Of a stretch of DNA of 64,000 nt, positions 24,621 through 37,330 are shown one piece after another; position 1 is the stretch's first letter; every line of letters starts with the position of its first letter. The notes under the pieces are model-generated. The model was not told where the DNA came from. It searched no databases and was given only the letters and a program-made list of their open reading frames with translations. Source of the stretch: Octopus sinensis (taxonomy: Eukaryota); contig NC_042997.1 in assembly GCF_006345805.1 (NCBI RefSeq), positions 128,402,001 to 128,466,000 of the forward strand, given 5' to 3'. The translations under genes and the position numbers were made by a program.

Positions 24621-25084
24621 TCATAAATGTCTTAAACTCAGTGTCTTAAACGCAACCAAGCAAGTACAGGAAACAACTCCAGGCATGTTTTATCTTATTC
24701 TGACTTCTTCAGCAGAAATACAGTCTTGTTATAACTTGCCAAAGTGGTACCAAATAAATCATAAAACAAGTATAAAAAATATAATTGTTTTGAAATAATA
24801 ATGTAATGCCAACTTCATTATAAAACAATAAGGAAATGGATGACAGCTTATTGAACATAGACTTGCATTTTCCTGTTGTTAGTCATATGAGTGGCATATA
24901 AGAATGAAATATAATGACAGTGTTCTTTTTTAAATTTTATTTAATTTGACCTTATAGGTGCAGGTATGAGTGTTTTTGAGGATGCACATGTAATATTCTG
25001 GTTCAATTGAACTACATTAAATAAATTATTGTGGTGCAAAACACTGAATCTACAACTTTTAGTTTGTAATGACATAGATGAATA

Positions 25085-25220
25085 AGGAATAAGAAGCTTG
25101 CTTCCCAACTGGTTGGTATTAAGTTCAGTCTCACTGCATGACACTATAGTTCTAGGCTGATCAAAAATGTTGTGTAGATATGGTAATAAACCCAGCCAAT
25201 TGTGTGTGTGTGTGTGTGTA
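25085..25220 (+). mobile_element. SINE head whose 3' half appears at 27111-27372
   Basis: taagaagcttgcttcccaac...aagttcagtctcactgcatgacac followed by (GT)n; body and tail resume after the mariner. Confidence 0.6.
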
Positions 25221-25850
25221 TCATCATCATTTAATAATGTCCATTGTCTATGCTAGCATGGGTTGGATGGTTTGACCAAGGCTGGAAGGCTACACCAGAC
25301 TCCAGTCTGATTTGGCATGATCTTCTATGGCTGGATGCCCTTCCAAACATCAACCACTCCAAGAGTGTAATGGGTGCTTTTATGTGCCACTGGCATGGGT
25401 GCCATTTGCATAACACTGGTATCTGAATGACTGATTTTGTTTGGCTTGATGGGTCTTCTTCACAAGCATGACATAATGCCAAAGGCCTCAGTCATTGCTT
25501 CTGTGAGGCCCAACACTCAGAAGGAACTCGGCCACTTTGTCTCCGTGAGGTCCAACACTCAGAAGGAACTCAGTCACTTTGTCTCTTTGAAGCCCAGTGC
25601 TCAAAAGGATCTCAGACACTTTGCCTCCAGAAGGCCAATGCTCAAAAGGAACTCAGCCACTTTGCCTCCGGGGGGCCCCAACACTTGAAAGGAACTCCAC
25701 CACTTCGTCCCATGTCTTCCTGGGTCTACCTCTACCCCAAGTTCCCTCCACAGTTAGAGATCAGCTCTTCTATACACAACTGTCCTCATCCATGTGCATC
25801 ACATTACCATACCAGCATAGTCGTCTCTCTTGCACACCACATCTGATAAC
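25221..25850 (-). mobile_element. RTE-clade LINE 3' fragment containing a 42-bp tandem array (25503-25705)
   Basis: Reverse complement of the same family as 6827-8070 (cagatgtggtgtgcaagagagacgactatgctggtatggtaatgtgatgcacatggatgaggacag...ggtagacccaggaagacatgggacgaagtggtg). Confidence 0.85.
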
Positions 25851-25881
25851 TCTTATATATATATATATATATATGTATGTA

Positions 25882-27110
25882 TTAGGGTGTTTGGAAAGTA
25901 ATTGCGTTTTTTCATCACTATGAAATATAAATCAACTAATCACATTAGATCCAAGGTTGAATGGGCAGGGACAGTCTAGAAATAACATATCATCTCTCCT
26001 ATCCAACAGTTTGTCATTCATAGTTGCTTTGGTAATTAACCCCATGGAGAATAAGAACTTTATGAAACAACATATTCGCCATTGCTTACTGCATGAACTT
26101 TGAAAGAAAAGTACCACTACAGAAGCGATGAAAAACATTGTTTTATAAACATGGATGCAGTGAAAGCTTCTACATGTCAGCTGTGGTTTAAAAGGTTCAA
26201 AGAAGGCAGTTGTAATGTATCCAACAATCCTTACTCTAGAAGATGACCCACTCTGAGTGATGACTTTTTGAATGAGACTATTGTGTTGGATCCATATCAA
26301 AGTACTAGAGATTTGGCACAAAAATTTAATGTCGTGTTCAATTATCCCACAAACATCTCAAGCAAATTGGAAAAATATGCAAAGAGAGAATTTGGATTCC
26401 ACATGAGCTTACGCTTGAGAACCAAACACAATGTTTCACCATCTGCAGCAGTCTCCTAACCTGTCATTTTTGGAGCGCATTGTTACTGATGATGAAAAAT
26501 GGGTTTTGCATCACAACAAAAAAGACAATGGTTATCATGTAATGAGAGGCTAGTGCTAAAATAAAAAGCAGAACTCCATCCTCAAAACCCCTTGCTTTGT
26601 GTTTTGTGGAACAGCAAAGATATCATCCATTATGAGCTATTGGAACATGGAAGGACCATCAATGCAGAAGTCTAATGCCTACAACTTTATCGCGTCAATG
26701 AAAAATTACGTCGAAAGTGGCCAGCTTTGGTAAACAGAAAAGGTGTTATTCTTTAGTATGACAATTCATGGCCACACTCTTCAAAACAAACCTAAGAAAA
26801 AATAAGACCATTAGGATGGTAAGTTTTTCCATATCCTCCATACTCACCTGACTTAGCACCTATGGATTTCTATCTGTTCCAATCACTAGAATATTTCAAA
26901 AGAAGCAAAACATTCAGAAACAGAGAGGAAGTTGAAAACAGTCTTTCAGACATTTTTCAAGAAAGGAAATAGGTTTCTTTGAATGTGGCATAAAAACGTT
27001 GGGCTGCAGTCATTGAAAACAGTTTTGATTAAAGCAATTCAGATAACCAAAGTTTATATTCGTTTTTATATCCTTTCTAGTAAAATTCAATTACTTTCTG
27101 AATACCCTGG
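25882..27110 (+). mobile_element. Near full-length decayed mariner (D,D34D) transposon
   Basis: TIRs ttagggtgtttggaaagtaattgcgtttt / aaaattcaattactttctgaataccctgg, next to (TA)n. ATG at 26044: MENKNFMKQHIRHCLL, WFKRFKEG, WIPHEL, FLERIVTDDEKWV, YDNSWPH, PYPPYSPDLAPMDFYLF; several stops and frameshifts. Confidence 0.95.
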
Positions 27111-27372
27111 TGTGTGTGTTATTGCTTGTGTGTACCCTTGTCTTAACATCACAGAATGTTATAAATGGGTATCATTGCCATACAAGTGGTATTGTTCATT
27201 TGTAGCTTTCTATGAAAAAGATGTTCTTACCATGGGGAAATATCTTGCTTGGAAACAAGTGAGGGTTGGTGTCAAAGATCATCAGACTGTATAAAAATCT
27301 GCCTTAAAAATTATGTCCGACCCATATTAGCCTGGAATACTAGGCATCAAATGATGATGGTGGTGGTGATGA
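27111..27372 (+). mobile_element. SINE body + RTE-type tail
   Basis: gtgtgtacccttgtcttaacatcac...catggggaaatatcttgcttggaaacaagtgagggttgg...aaatgatgatggtgg. Confidence 0.7.
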
Positions 27373-27974
27373 AGAAGACCTTCATTTGTATATAAAACTG
27401 AAAAATTAATCTCTTGTTTTTGCATAAAGTCCACTTTAATTTTATTGATGTGTAACTTTAAATATTAATTATCCAAGATATTAAACTTAAATTTCAATGA
27501 TGTACTTTTATATCATTAGCAACATTGATGGTATCATCATCATAATCATCTTCATTAGTTTAACACTACTTTATGTATTTATTTCATTGCTATATAATGT
27601 TTTATATGGTTTTAATAGATCTGCATACATGTTTAAAGTTCAAACATTAATATATACATGTTAATGTTTAATATGTTGTTGTTGTTTTGTGTGTGTGTAT
27701 GTGTTTTATATATATTTCATAATATGAAAATGGATGACAGAGGCATTGTCAGGCCACGCCGAAGAAGACAGTAACCCCAAATAAGAACTGACACAAACCA
27801 TAATGACCTGTCCAACACTTGTCAGTATAGAAAGCAGAGTACATAATATGTACACACACAAACAAACTACACACATTATGTATACACTAAAGCTAAACAC
27901 ACAAGTTTACAGGTAGTGTGTTGGCACATTATCTAAATAGAGTGGTAATATGTAGTAGTATCACCTACTTTTCT

Positions 27975-28366
27975 AATACTAGAACATATACTAAACTTAG
28001 AATTTTTCTTGGGGTTGCTTAAAATCTTTCCTTTAACCACATCATAGCACCACATTTTGAACAATTTTCATCCATGTTCACATTTTTCCATCCATCATTT
28101 CTGTTCTTACGACTATGAATTTATCATCTGTCTTATGTTTTGAATCAGCTTCCCCTATCTGTTCTGGTTCTTTTTTTAAAGCAGCCAATGCAGTCCTTTC
28201 TTCTTGTTTGAAGTGTTCTTGCATTAGTGAATCCTATTTCGGTTTATAGCCTACGTATTGCTTGTTCAGATGTTTCAAGTTCTTCCCTTGCATTAGATTT
28301 TCTTCTGTCATTTACTTGTCTTTGTGGTTTTTGATCTGGACTTTCATGTGCCCTTCTATTAGCCAT
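27975..28366 (-). mobile_element. Helitron Rep/Hel N-terminal remnant
   Basis: Minus strand MANRRAHESPDQK...ELETSEQAIRRL, then MDENCSKCGAMMWLKE...KFSICSSIRKV (M..C..C.A..W..E...F..CC..GKV pattern). Confidence 0.6.
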
Positions 28367-30089
28367 TTTTTTTTGTCTGTTATTTTCTTAGGTTTGTAAT
28401 CTTAGTAGTTTGTAAGCTACAACAGATATGGTCCCTGTTGTGATGATATCTCTTTTCACTGGATGACATTGTTGTATTCTTGTTACTTTCTTTTTTTTCC
28501 CCCCATTCTCCTTCTCCTCTCTTTTTTCTCTTTCTCTCCCTTGCTTCTCTCTCTCTTTTTCTCTCACCCTCCCTCTCTATTACTCTTGGGTTCTTGATAT
28601 TGAAATGTCTTTTAAACTACCTAAATTGATTACAGTGTTAAACAGTGAAATTTAGTAAAGTAAGTCTAAAACGAAACTCAAAAAATTTGCCACACACAGA
28701 GAAAGATTAAATTGTTTTAATTATACTCACACTCACAGGCACACAAGCAAGCAGACACATGCTTGCACACACATGTACACACACTTTGATGGAATAATAT
28801 GTATACACACACTAACATACACACACATCAATGAAAATACAGGTACATAGACATTGACAAAAAAAAATCACACATACTTATAAATGAACTGTCACAAACA
28901 GATGATGAACACATGTAAACCAACACATTTGTACACATTGTCAGAGAGTTACAACATGCACATGCACACAGGTGTATGCAGATAAGCACACCGCCAAAAA
29001 CTTAAAATACACACATTTATAAACAGAACCAGATAAATACAGCCACAAACCTATATACACATTCACACAATCACATCTGCCTGATTAAAATTCTATTTCT
29101 AAAGTCAAACCTTCTTTTCCTTTCCTCTCCTGCTCATTTTCATATCTTCTTATTTTCCTTCCTCGTTTGCACTCTCCACTGGTAAATACTGTTATTACCA
29201 CTCAATCCAACACACCCACCTTTTCTTTTATCATTAACTTCTCACCACTTACCCTGCCTCCTAACGTTTTCATTATATTAACACCTACATTAACAGCATA
29301 TTTATCTGAATATGTGCGTAATGAAAGATTTAACTGAGAGGTTAATAGATATATAAAGATAGATGTTTAATTGTTCATTACAAAGTTACATCATATGCAT
29401 TGGCTTAACTAATATTTAGTTAGTTTTCAATTTATTCAACTTTATATGTCTGTTAAGATACAAAGATCTGTGGAACATGAAAAGAAAAGAAAAATCCCTT
29501 TACAAGTATGTCCGCATGCTCACACACATTTCCACACATATATGCATATATACATGTATTTACATATATTCAGGTATCAAAGAGATATTTTTTCTGTTAT
29601 CTCCATTCACAAATATGTGGAACTCGGAGTAGCAGCAGAGTGAATCATCAGCTTTGAATAAAGAAATATATTCTATTATATGTTTTGAGTACTCAGTTTC
29701 TTGTTTGTGTCTCAAACTGTACACACACACACACATATAGTTATTCATCTGAAGCTGATGATTTATACTGTAACTAGTCTGTTATAGAGACAGAGCTGAC
29801 ATGAGCTATTGACACATACACTCACTGAAACATATTGTAATTTACTCCCTGATGATTCTCAATTTCAAATATTGATTTTGAGCCAAAACTTTTATTCCTA
29901 ACCAAGTATGTTTTCATTATTTTCTGATACCAAATGAAAGTGGGTGGTAGCAAAAGATGAATATGTTTGTCTCCTAGCTTGAACCTTGTTATTTTGAATA
30001 TTGCTATCAGGTGTGTATTATGTTCTTGAGCAAGATACTCCACTCTCTCAGACATTCACTAACTCAGTCAATATAGTAAATTTTTATTG

Positions 30090-30510
30090 TCATACTTTTA
30101 CTATCATTATCATTAACATTGTTGTTGTTATCATCATCATCATCATTATAATCATCATTCACTATATTCATTCATTTTTAAAACAGTAGGTTGAAATTTG
30201 TAAGAGATTTTGTTGCTATTTTTAGTGGGTGAAGCAGCTACATGGAAATTTCTTTGTCTCGCATCATCAACATTATCATCATTATCATCATTGACTGTGG
30301 CAGTGGTATCACCATCCTCATCATTGTCCTTAATATTCACATCATCATTATCAGTAGCAGTGCCGTAGTGTCACCAAATTTATCATCACTATCATCATCT
30401 TCACTCTCATCATCATCACCAACATCATCCTCATCATTATCTTCCTCCTGGCTATCACCACCATAATCATTCTTATTCATCATTATCATCTGCATCTTCA
30501 TCATCATTAT
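30090..30510. repeat. Degenerate (CAT/ATT)n low-complexity tract
   Basis: Directly visible; explains the poly-I/S/D ORFs. Confidence 0.9.
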
Positions 30511-30919
30511 AAATATTTGATTGAGATATTTACAAGATCAGATATAAACTTCTTGAACAAAAAAAGAAAAAAGGAACCAAACAAAAATTTCAAAAACTCA
30601 ATAAAACAATAAAAAAAACCCAAATCATCTTTCATCAGAGAGATACTAGTCACATCTGTACTGAGATAAAAATTTGATAAACTAAACTTTGTAGAATTAG
30701 CATCTCATTCTGTAGATAGTAATCTCTTAATAATTCTATATAGTGTTAGTATTTTGATAGTCATTTTGTATAATTGGATAAAGATGCAGGATGAAATTAT
30801 GTTATAGAAAGACATGAAACAAAATGACTGAAAAAAAATTATTCAATTTTATTGATTTTATTACAGTTCTGACCATATTATTATGAATATGCACTGGAGG
30901 ATATATACTGCATACATTC

Positions 30920-31420
30920 TTTTTATTCTATTTACTGATTTCAATCATTAGACTACAGCCATGCTAGGACACCACTTTAAGAAGTGTTAGTTGATTTTAC
31001 TAACTTTGACATCACCATTCTTGCTACCACAGCACTTATTTCAGTCTGATACCTATTTTATTGATTCCTGTTTGTTAAACTGCTTAGTTACAGGACATGA
31101 AAAAACTACACCATTTTTGTTTTGTTTTGACTAGTGTACACATAAACATACACATTGCACACTCAGGCATGCACAAAACGTGTGTGTGTGTGTGTGTGCA
31201 AACTCTTGGATAAAAAATAAAAGAGACCAAAAGAAAGAGAACTCAATCCAAGTTATATAATTTCCAAAGAGCTATTGAGATTAGTAAAAACTAAAATTCT
31301 TTTCTAAAACAATAAATCTGTAAAGTTTATTGCTGAAGGTGAGACTATAGTTGAAAATATGAACACTCTTGTCTAAGATACCTTATAGTGTGATCGAACT
31401 TGAGACTGCGTGATTGTGAT
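30920..31420 (-). mobile_element. Decayed full-length SINE (head + microsatellite + core/tail)
   Basis: tttcaatcattagactacagccatgctagg...aaactgcttagttacaggacatgaaaaaactacacc; head remnant at 31320-31420. Confidence 0.6.
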
Positions 31421-31589
31421 GACCATGTTTTTTGTTAGTATATCTATTCATCATGTAACTATTGATTTATGTTAAGAAAATCAGATTAGATATAAATAAA
31501 AATTAAATCTTAAATGTTGTGTCTATTCAGCTGTCCTTTGTTTAGTGATATGACAAAAAGAGATTAAATCATTTGAGTGTAAAAGAGAG

Positions 31590-31860
31590 ACTTACTTTAC
31601 TTAGACTTCCCCTACATTTCAAGATGTAGGCAGCAAGCTTCTTCCAGCATGGTTGATCTGCCACAGATTTTCCTGCTCCTATCCAACTGGTCCTCGTGCA
31701 TTTCAGGTCTTCCTCAAAAGACTAGTGTCAGATATTATTGGGCTGGCTCTTTTCTCGGTTTCCTTCTTCCAGTATTCATGTTATTGCTGTCTGTTTACCA
31801 AATAGCCACCATATGCAAAATGTAGCCTGCCAGGCAAAGCTGTTAACAGTGCTTGCTGCA
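31590..31860 (-). mobile_element. RTE-clade LINE 3' end
   Basis: Minus strand ILEEGNREKSQP...FEEDLK...SW...ADQPCWKKLAA, with a ctaagtaaagtaagt tail. Confidence 0.6.
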
Positions 31861-32617
31861 TGAAAACTGAATAGTAAAGTGGTTGTTATCATATTTGATT
31901 CAATAAGTCAAGAAATTTCAATATATTACTGATTTGTCTAAATGATTAATTCTAATAAAAATGAGACAGAAAGAGACAACTCCAAAATTTTAATTAAATA
32001 AATATGGAATGTTAGTGAGGAAGTAAATCTGCTCTTTATGAGACCAGTGACAACCTTGGATATGTTTCAGTCATTAAAATGTAGACTTACAAAAGAGTTT
32101 TGTAAACTGAAACCAAACAACAAAACATTTGTGACAGTCTGAAAATATTTTTATCAAATAATCAAATTGTCAGTTTTGGGAGAAATTTTTATCCATTTTT
32201 GAAATTTTGTACAGTTCATTGATTACAATATTCTGGAGTATTAATTTTCAGCCTCTATCTTTTCACACTTGCTATTTTGTCTTGAGAATTAAAAACAGAA
32301 AAAAAAAAAAAAAAAACATCATTTCTACAAATTTTCAGTTTAATTTCTCATTGAAGTCAATTTATCTCTTTCATTTGAAAGATTTCTTTAACTAAAACAA
32401 ACCCTAATCTTGAAATTTAAGAGAATTAATATTTTCAGCTTATGTAAATCAATTACCCTCTGTTTTAATTAATTTACAGTGAGCTTAATTATTTATAATC
32501 TTAACACTATTTGAGCTTATCTTTGCATTTTGCAATGAAGCTTTGAACCTCTCTCTCTCCTTCTTCCACACCAGATAGAAATGTTTACTTGTTGTTGATA
32601 ATAACAGATCTTAGATC

Positions 32618-32653
<36 letters not shown>

Positions 32654-33649
32654 AGCAAGAGAAGAAGGGAGAAGAGATAGTTACTATCATTGTTATTGTT
32701 ATCATTATCATCATGACTACCACCATATCATCATCATTATCATAATCATCATCATTCCCCATCATTATGATACTGAGATATAAGGCTGGTATTGGACTGA
32801 ACAATCAAATTCCCCAGAAGTGACTTTTAATAATTTGCAAACAGTCGACGTTTTAATTGTGGTTTACATTGGCAATTCCTCAAACTGTGAAACTTCTAAT
32901 TTGAGTAGATAACTCTCAGATACAGTCACCAACCAACGTTACTGGTTTGTTATAACTATAATAAAGGTGATATAATCACACAACATAATAAGCTGCCACC
33001 AACTCAATTTCACTTCTGTATTGTTTACTGAACATATTAATTATCTAATAACTGACACAGCACATTGCTGTAGACATGATCAGTGATTCTTAGAGAGTTT
33101 AATGTTTAATTACACATTTCCCACATTGTCTGCTCTTCCTCCAGTGAAATAAAGCATTGTTGTAGTAAGAGCAAATGAGTGGAGATCAGAGATTAAACGA
33201 TAACTTAAACATTTAATTTTGCTGCCAACCCACTTCTAATAACATGTATTATATCTAATTTAATTTAATTTCATATTTTGATCACAATTTTGGTTTCTCT
33301 TTTATGACTGTACTAAAATCTTTTACAAGCTATTTACACTTGTATACTAATATTGACTTGAAGAATTTCTGAGACTTAGTTCTGAAAATTTCTCTGAAGC
33401 TAATATTATCTAATATTTATGTACTTGTCTTATCAAAGCTGTAGACATTTTATTTATTTGTATTCATTTCTTCCTAAGACATGATTGGTTGAGAGAGTTC
33501 ACTTCTTGTGACTTCTTTTACATTCTGGTACAAAACCTCAAAACTGTTTTTTTACTCTAAAAGAACAACAGGTGGATTCAGAGATGAATTAACAGAATTT
33601 ATTGATAGAAATGTGACACAAGGGAATCCAAAGAGTCAGTTTTCAAGGC

Positions 33650-33785
33650 TGTCATCACCGTCATTTAATGTCCATGTTCCATGCTGGTACGGGTTAGACA
33701 GTTTGACAGGATTTGATGTGTCCAAGGACTGCATTGAGTTCCAATGTCTATTTTGGCGTGGTTTCTACAACTGGATGTATGCATG
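33650..33785 (-). mobile_element. RTE/SINE tail copy
   Basis: tcatcaccgtcatttaatgtccatgttccatgctggtacgggttagacagtttgac. Confidence 0.75.
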
Positions 33786-34019
33786 CTAATAATTTTCTCC
33801 AGTTCAAGTGGTAACAATTGTTTGGGATTATCCAACATTGGACCACAGTAAGGGTTTTGTTTTCTTTATACCAAGACACTTATTTTTAACAAGCTTTAGC
33901 TCAGGCCATTTAGCAAAGTTGTCAGAAAGACTATTGTTTTATCCAGGGGAGATGTGTTCACACTCACTTAATCATTTCATAGCCTCATACCTTATGCATG
34001 TTTTAATTAATTTTTTTAA

Positions 34020-34197
34020 ATAATCTGAAATTTAGATGAGTTTAGTAAAATAACTGATGTTTGTAACATGATTTAACATAAGTTTCATACATAAAATTAT
34101 GATGGAAGCTTAAAAGTTAAATATAAACACTTTAAAATACACACTTTTTATGATAGAATCAGGGCGGTGTCGAGTGGGTTGGTATTGAAAGGGTTAA
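34020..34197 (-). mobile_element. Partial piggyBac-type MITE (one CCCTTT end with TTAA)
   Basis: ...gggttggtattgaaaggg-ttaa at 34176-34197; other end not found. Confidence 0.5.
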
Positions 34198-35830
34198 TTT
34201 TCCAGGAGGTAGAATTAAGTATTAACAGTTTTTAGTTTAAGTTTATCCTCTTGTTTTAATTAACATTGTTTCACATGGCAGCTACTACCAGTCAAAATAA
34301 TAGGGCATTGGATAATTGACTAATGGTACAACAGTTCAGATCTTTTTACTGTATTCTTTGTATAAAGACACTCCTCTTAGAAATGTCTCAATCCACCCAA
34401 ATCAAAATAGATACCATGCATGATGCAACTCATTGCAATAGGTAACAAAATAGCTCTTTAATTTATAATTATTCCTTTAACTTGTACTACTAAATTGAAA
34501 TACTTCTATGATTATAGAATTTGACTCTCTTCGAGAGAACAGGCTGCACTAGGTTGACATTCCTTAAATACTCAGTGTAAAGAAAATGTCTGCATGTACT
34601 GCGCCTATGATCAAATGGACAATGTTTTATTTTTTTATATTGTATTTACATGGAAGAGGCTTATTTTTTACCTGAGTCTTCTGAGACATGGATTAGATTA
34701 ATGTTTCTCTTGAATAAGTTGCAAGTTAATGACCGGAGGAAAAAAACATAGGCAGGGTGGAATTCAAGAGAGTAACATTGACGAGGAAAGATTGAGTAGA
34801 GTGGTTAATACACATCTAGGACATTTTAGGTTAAGTGACACTCTGTCCAAGATACTGTGGGAGCAATACTCCATTTTGAGTCTCACCTGATTGCAGGTTA
34901 ATGTTAATAGTTCCTGGAAAAGGATAAGAAAATGGGTATCCAACATAAATGTATTTGTTCTTGGAATAATTAGCTGTTACATATTTGCTTCTTTAACTTG
35001 CTATCTATTTTATTTCATGGCTCATAATAATATTGGTTTGTTACATAGACACAAGTCCTGGAATTTGAATGGGGAAAGTACAGTTGATTATATCAACCCC
35101 TAGTACTTTATTTTGTCAATTCTAGAAAGATGCAAAGCAGAGTTAACATTGGCAAGATTTGAGCTCAAAATAAGATCTGATACAATTATTGCAATGCTTC
35201 TGTTACTCCTGCTTAACAATTTTACCAGTCAACTGCCCTATCAACTGATAATTTATTTTTTTAATACTAGAAGGATGAAAGGGAAAGTCAACAGTGGTGA
35301 GATTTGAACTCAGAATATGGTTGACTTTATCTTTCGAATAAAATTGATAAATCTTAGCAACCAATCAGCTGCAAGTTAAATTACTACTTTTAGAAATGCT
35401 TTCATTCCAATTTTTTTTATGTAGCTTTTTAGTTTTATATTAAAATCAAATAGTTTTGAATAAAATTTATTTTCTTATGTTGCTATAAAGATCTGATTAT
35501 GTTACTAGTTTTTTTTTCTCTTTTTCTTTCTCCTAGGAGCTTAACTACATCCTATTTATTTTTATGAGTCAAAATAAAAAAGAAACAAGAATATTAAATC
35601 TCTCAAAATAGTATTAGAATCTCAAAGAGATTCTTCTAAACTGATATGTTCATCCACAAAATAAACCTTTCTTTGAACTGTATTCTTTGTGTTTAAATCT
35701 GACTTAATTAAAAGCTTCTAAGGTTATTACATTGATATTAGTTTTCAGATACTAAGTCAAATCTTTCTACAAATATTTTATAATTTTCTGTTTTTGTTTT
35801 TATTTCTTTATTCAAAAATCAAAATTGTAA

Positions 35831-35904
35831 ATACTAATAATTAACTCTTCTTTTATTTTTCAGGTAAGTGATAACCATACTGATTCCATTCCACAAATGT
35901 AAGT
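35831..35904 (+). other. Recursive-splice-site / RS-exon-like element: 3'ss at 35863, GTAAGT at 35864, second GTAAGT at 35899 (35-nt exon)
   Basis: TACTAAT branch-like motif, TTAACTCTTCTTTTATTTTTCAG|GTAAGT, then ...CACAAAT|GTAAGT. Only frame 0 is open (VSDNHTDSIPQ). Confidence 0.6.
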
Positions 35905-36949
35905 CGAAAACATCTCAATTTTCAACTTTGTTATAAATTATATATTATTTTTACATATTCTGTTTTACTTGTACTACAGTGTTTTTTTTTGTTTTTTTTA
36001 TCAGTCTTCACTCTATTAAACTTGTATTATTCACTCTTGAATAACCACCACTGTTCTGCAGTTGTGATCATACAAGTTGACAAAATACATAGAATTAGTG
36101 AATTAGCATTTGTATCAGTCTAGTTAGTTTCAATCAATCGACATCAAATTCTTTAGAAAGAAATTTACTGATTTTATGTAATAATATTTCCAGTTACCCT
36201 TATCTTATTTCTGACTCCTTTCAATTAAATGTCAACCATCTGCATGATGTCATTGATGTCAAGATGTAGACAAGGTTGACAACTGTCCCCCTCTTCATTA
36301 TCTTTACTATTTTTTCCAACCTTGGTGCACAAATCCTAAGTGCCTTTCATGTATACATAATTTCCCATTTCCTTATGCCAGTAGATTGTGATGAATGAAG
36401 ATTCCCAGTGGTACATATAACATAACTTAATTGTTGTTTAACTAGTGTTGATGTTGAGAAGTAAATTTAGTTGTAAATATATATGTATATATGTGTGTGA
36501 GAGAGCATGTGTGTTTGTGTGTGTGTTTCCACCCACAATTCATAGAAATCTCTAAAACAATACAACAAACTCAATGTTTCCTGAATCTAAATCTCTGAGA
36601 ACCATGTTTTATTACACTATAAGAGCAAATGAACCCTCAGGTGCAAGCATACTCTAATTATAGATGTATTTTAACATTATATAAATACTGACACAAAAAT
36701 ATCTCCAGAAATATTCTATATTGGCATCTCAAATATGTATTTCTTTTTAAAATTATTTTATTATGATATAAGGGCAATACTCATGATTTCTCCATGGGCT
36801 CAACTCCAACACAGATAGCAGGTGAGGGGTAGGAAATTACTCTCAGGCCAGAGTAACAAAGTAGACACTGGGGCTAGATGTTGGTGTTCAGCAGAGCAAC
36901 AGATCAAGTCTACCATTTAAGAACTGGTGCAGTCCATTTAGCAGGCTTT

Positions 36950-37330
36950 TATCCTTTATTTGTTTCAGTTATTAAACTGTAGTCATGCCTTGAAGAGCTT
37001 TTAGTCAAATGACTTGGCTCCAGTACTTATTTTTTTTAACCTGATACCTATTCTCTCAGTCTCTTTAGCCAAACTGCTAAATTACAGAGACAAACACACC
37101 AACTCTGGTTCACTGGTTGTCAAGCAGTAGTGGGCAATAAACATAGGCACAAATACACACACACATGTGATGGGCTTCTTTCAGTTTTCATCTGCTAAAT
37201 CCACTCACAAGGTTTTGATCAGCCCAAGACTTTAGTAGAAGATACTTGCCCAATGTGTCATACAGTGGGATTGAACCTGGAACCGCGTAATTGAGAAGCA
37301 AGCTTCTTATCACACAATCATGTCTGCACC
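36950..37330 (-). mobile_element. Full-length tRNA-headed SINE (head + CA tract + core + tail)
   Basis: tgtttcagttattaaactgtagtcatgcc...aaactgctaaattacagagacaaacacacc...gggcttctttcagttt...caagcttcttatcacacaatcatgtc. Confidence 0.85.

Noticed and set aside
25503-25705. Regularly spaced 42-bp repeats resembling a CRISPR array
   Set aside because: Contiguous tandem units without unique spacers, derived from LINE sequence, in a eukaryotic context
29253-29333. Minus-strand 81-nt open exon candidate LNLSLRTYSDKYAVNVGVNIMKTLGGR with GTAAGT donor
   Set aside because: No recognisable protein, mediocre acceptor, no independent support
31330-31345. Strong-looking donor AAG|GTGAGA
   Set aside because: Lies within a decayed SINE head; no acceptor upstream
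33144-33163. 20-nt segment after CTCTTCCTCCAG, ending GTA|GTAAGA
   Set aside because: Only one frame open, and its phase is incompatible with the neighbouring candidates
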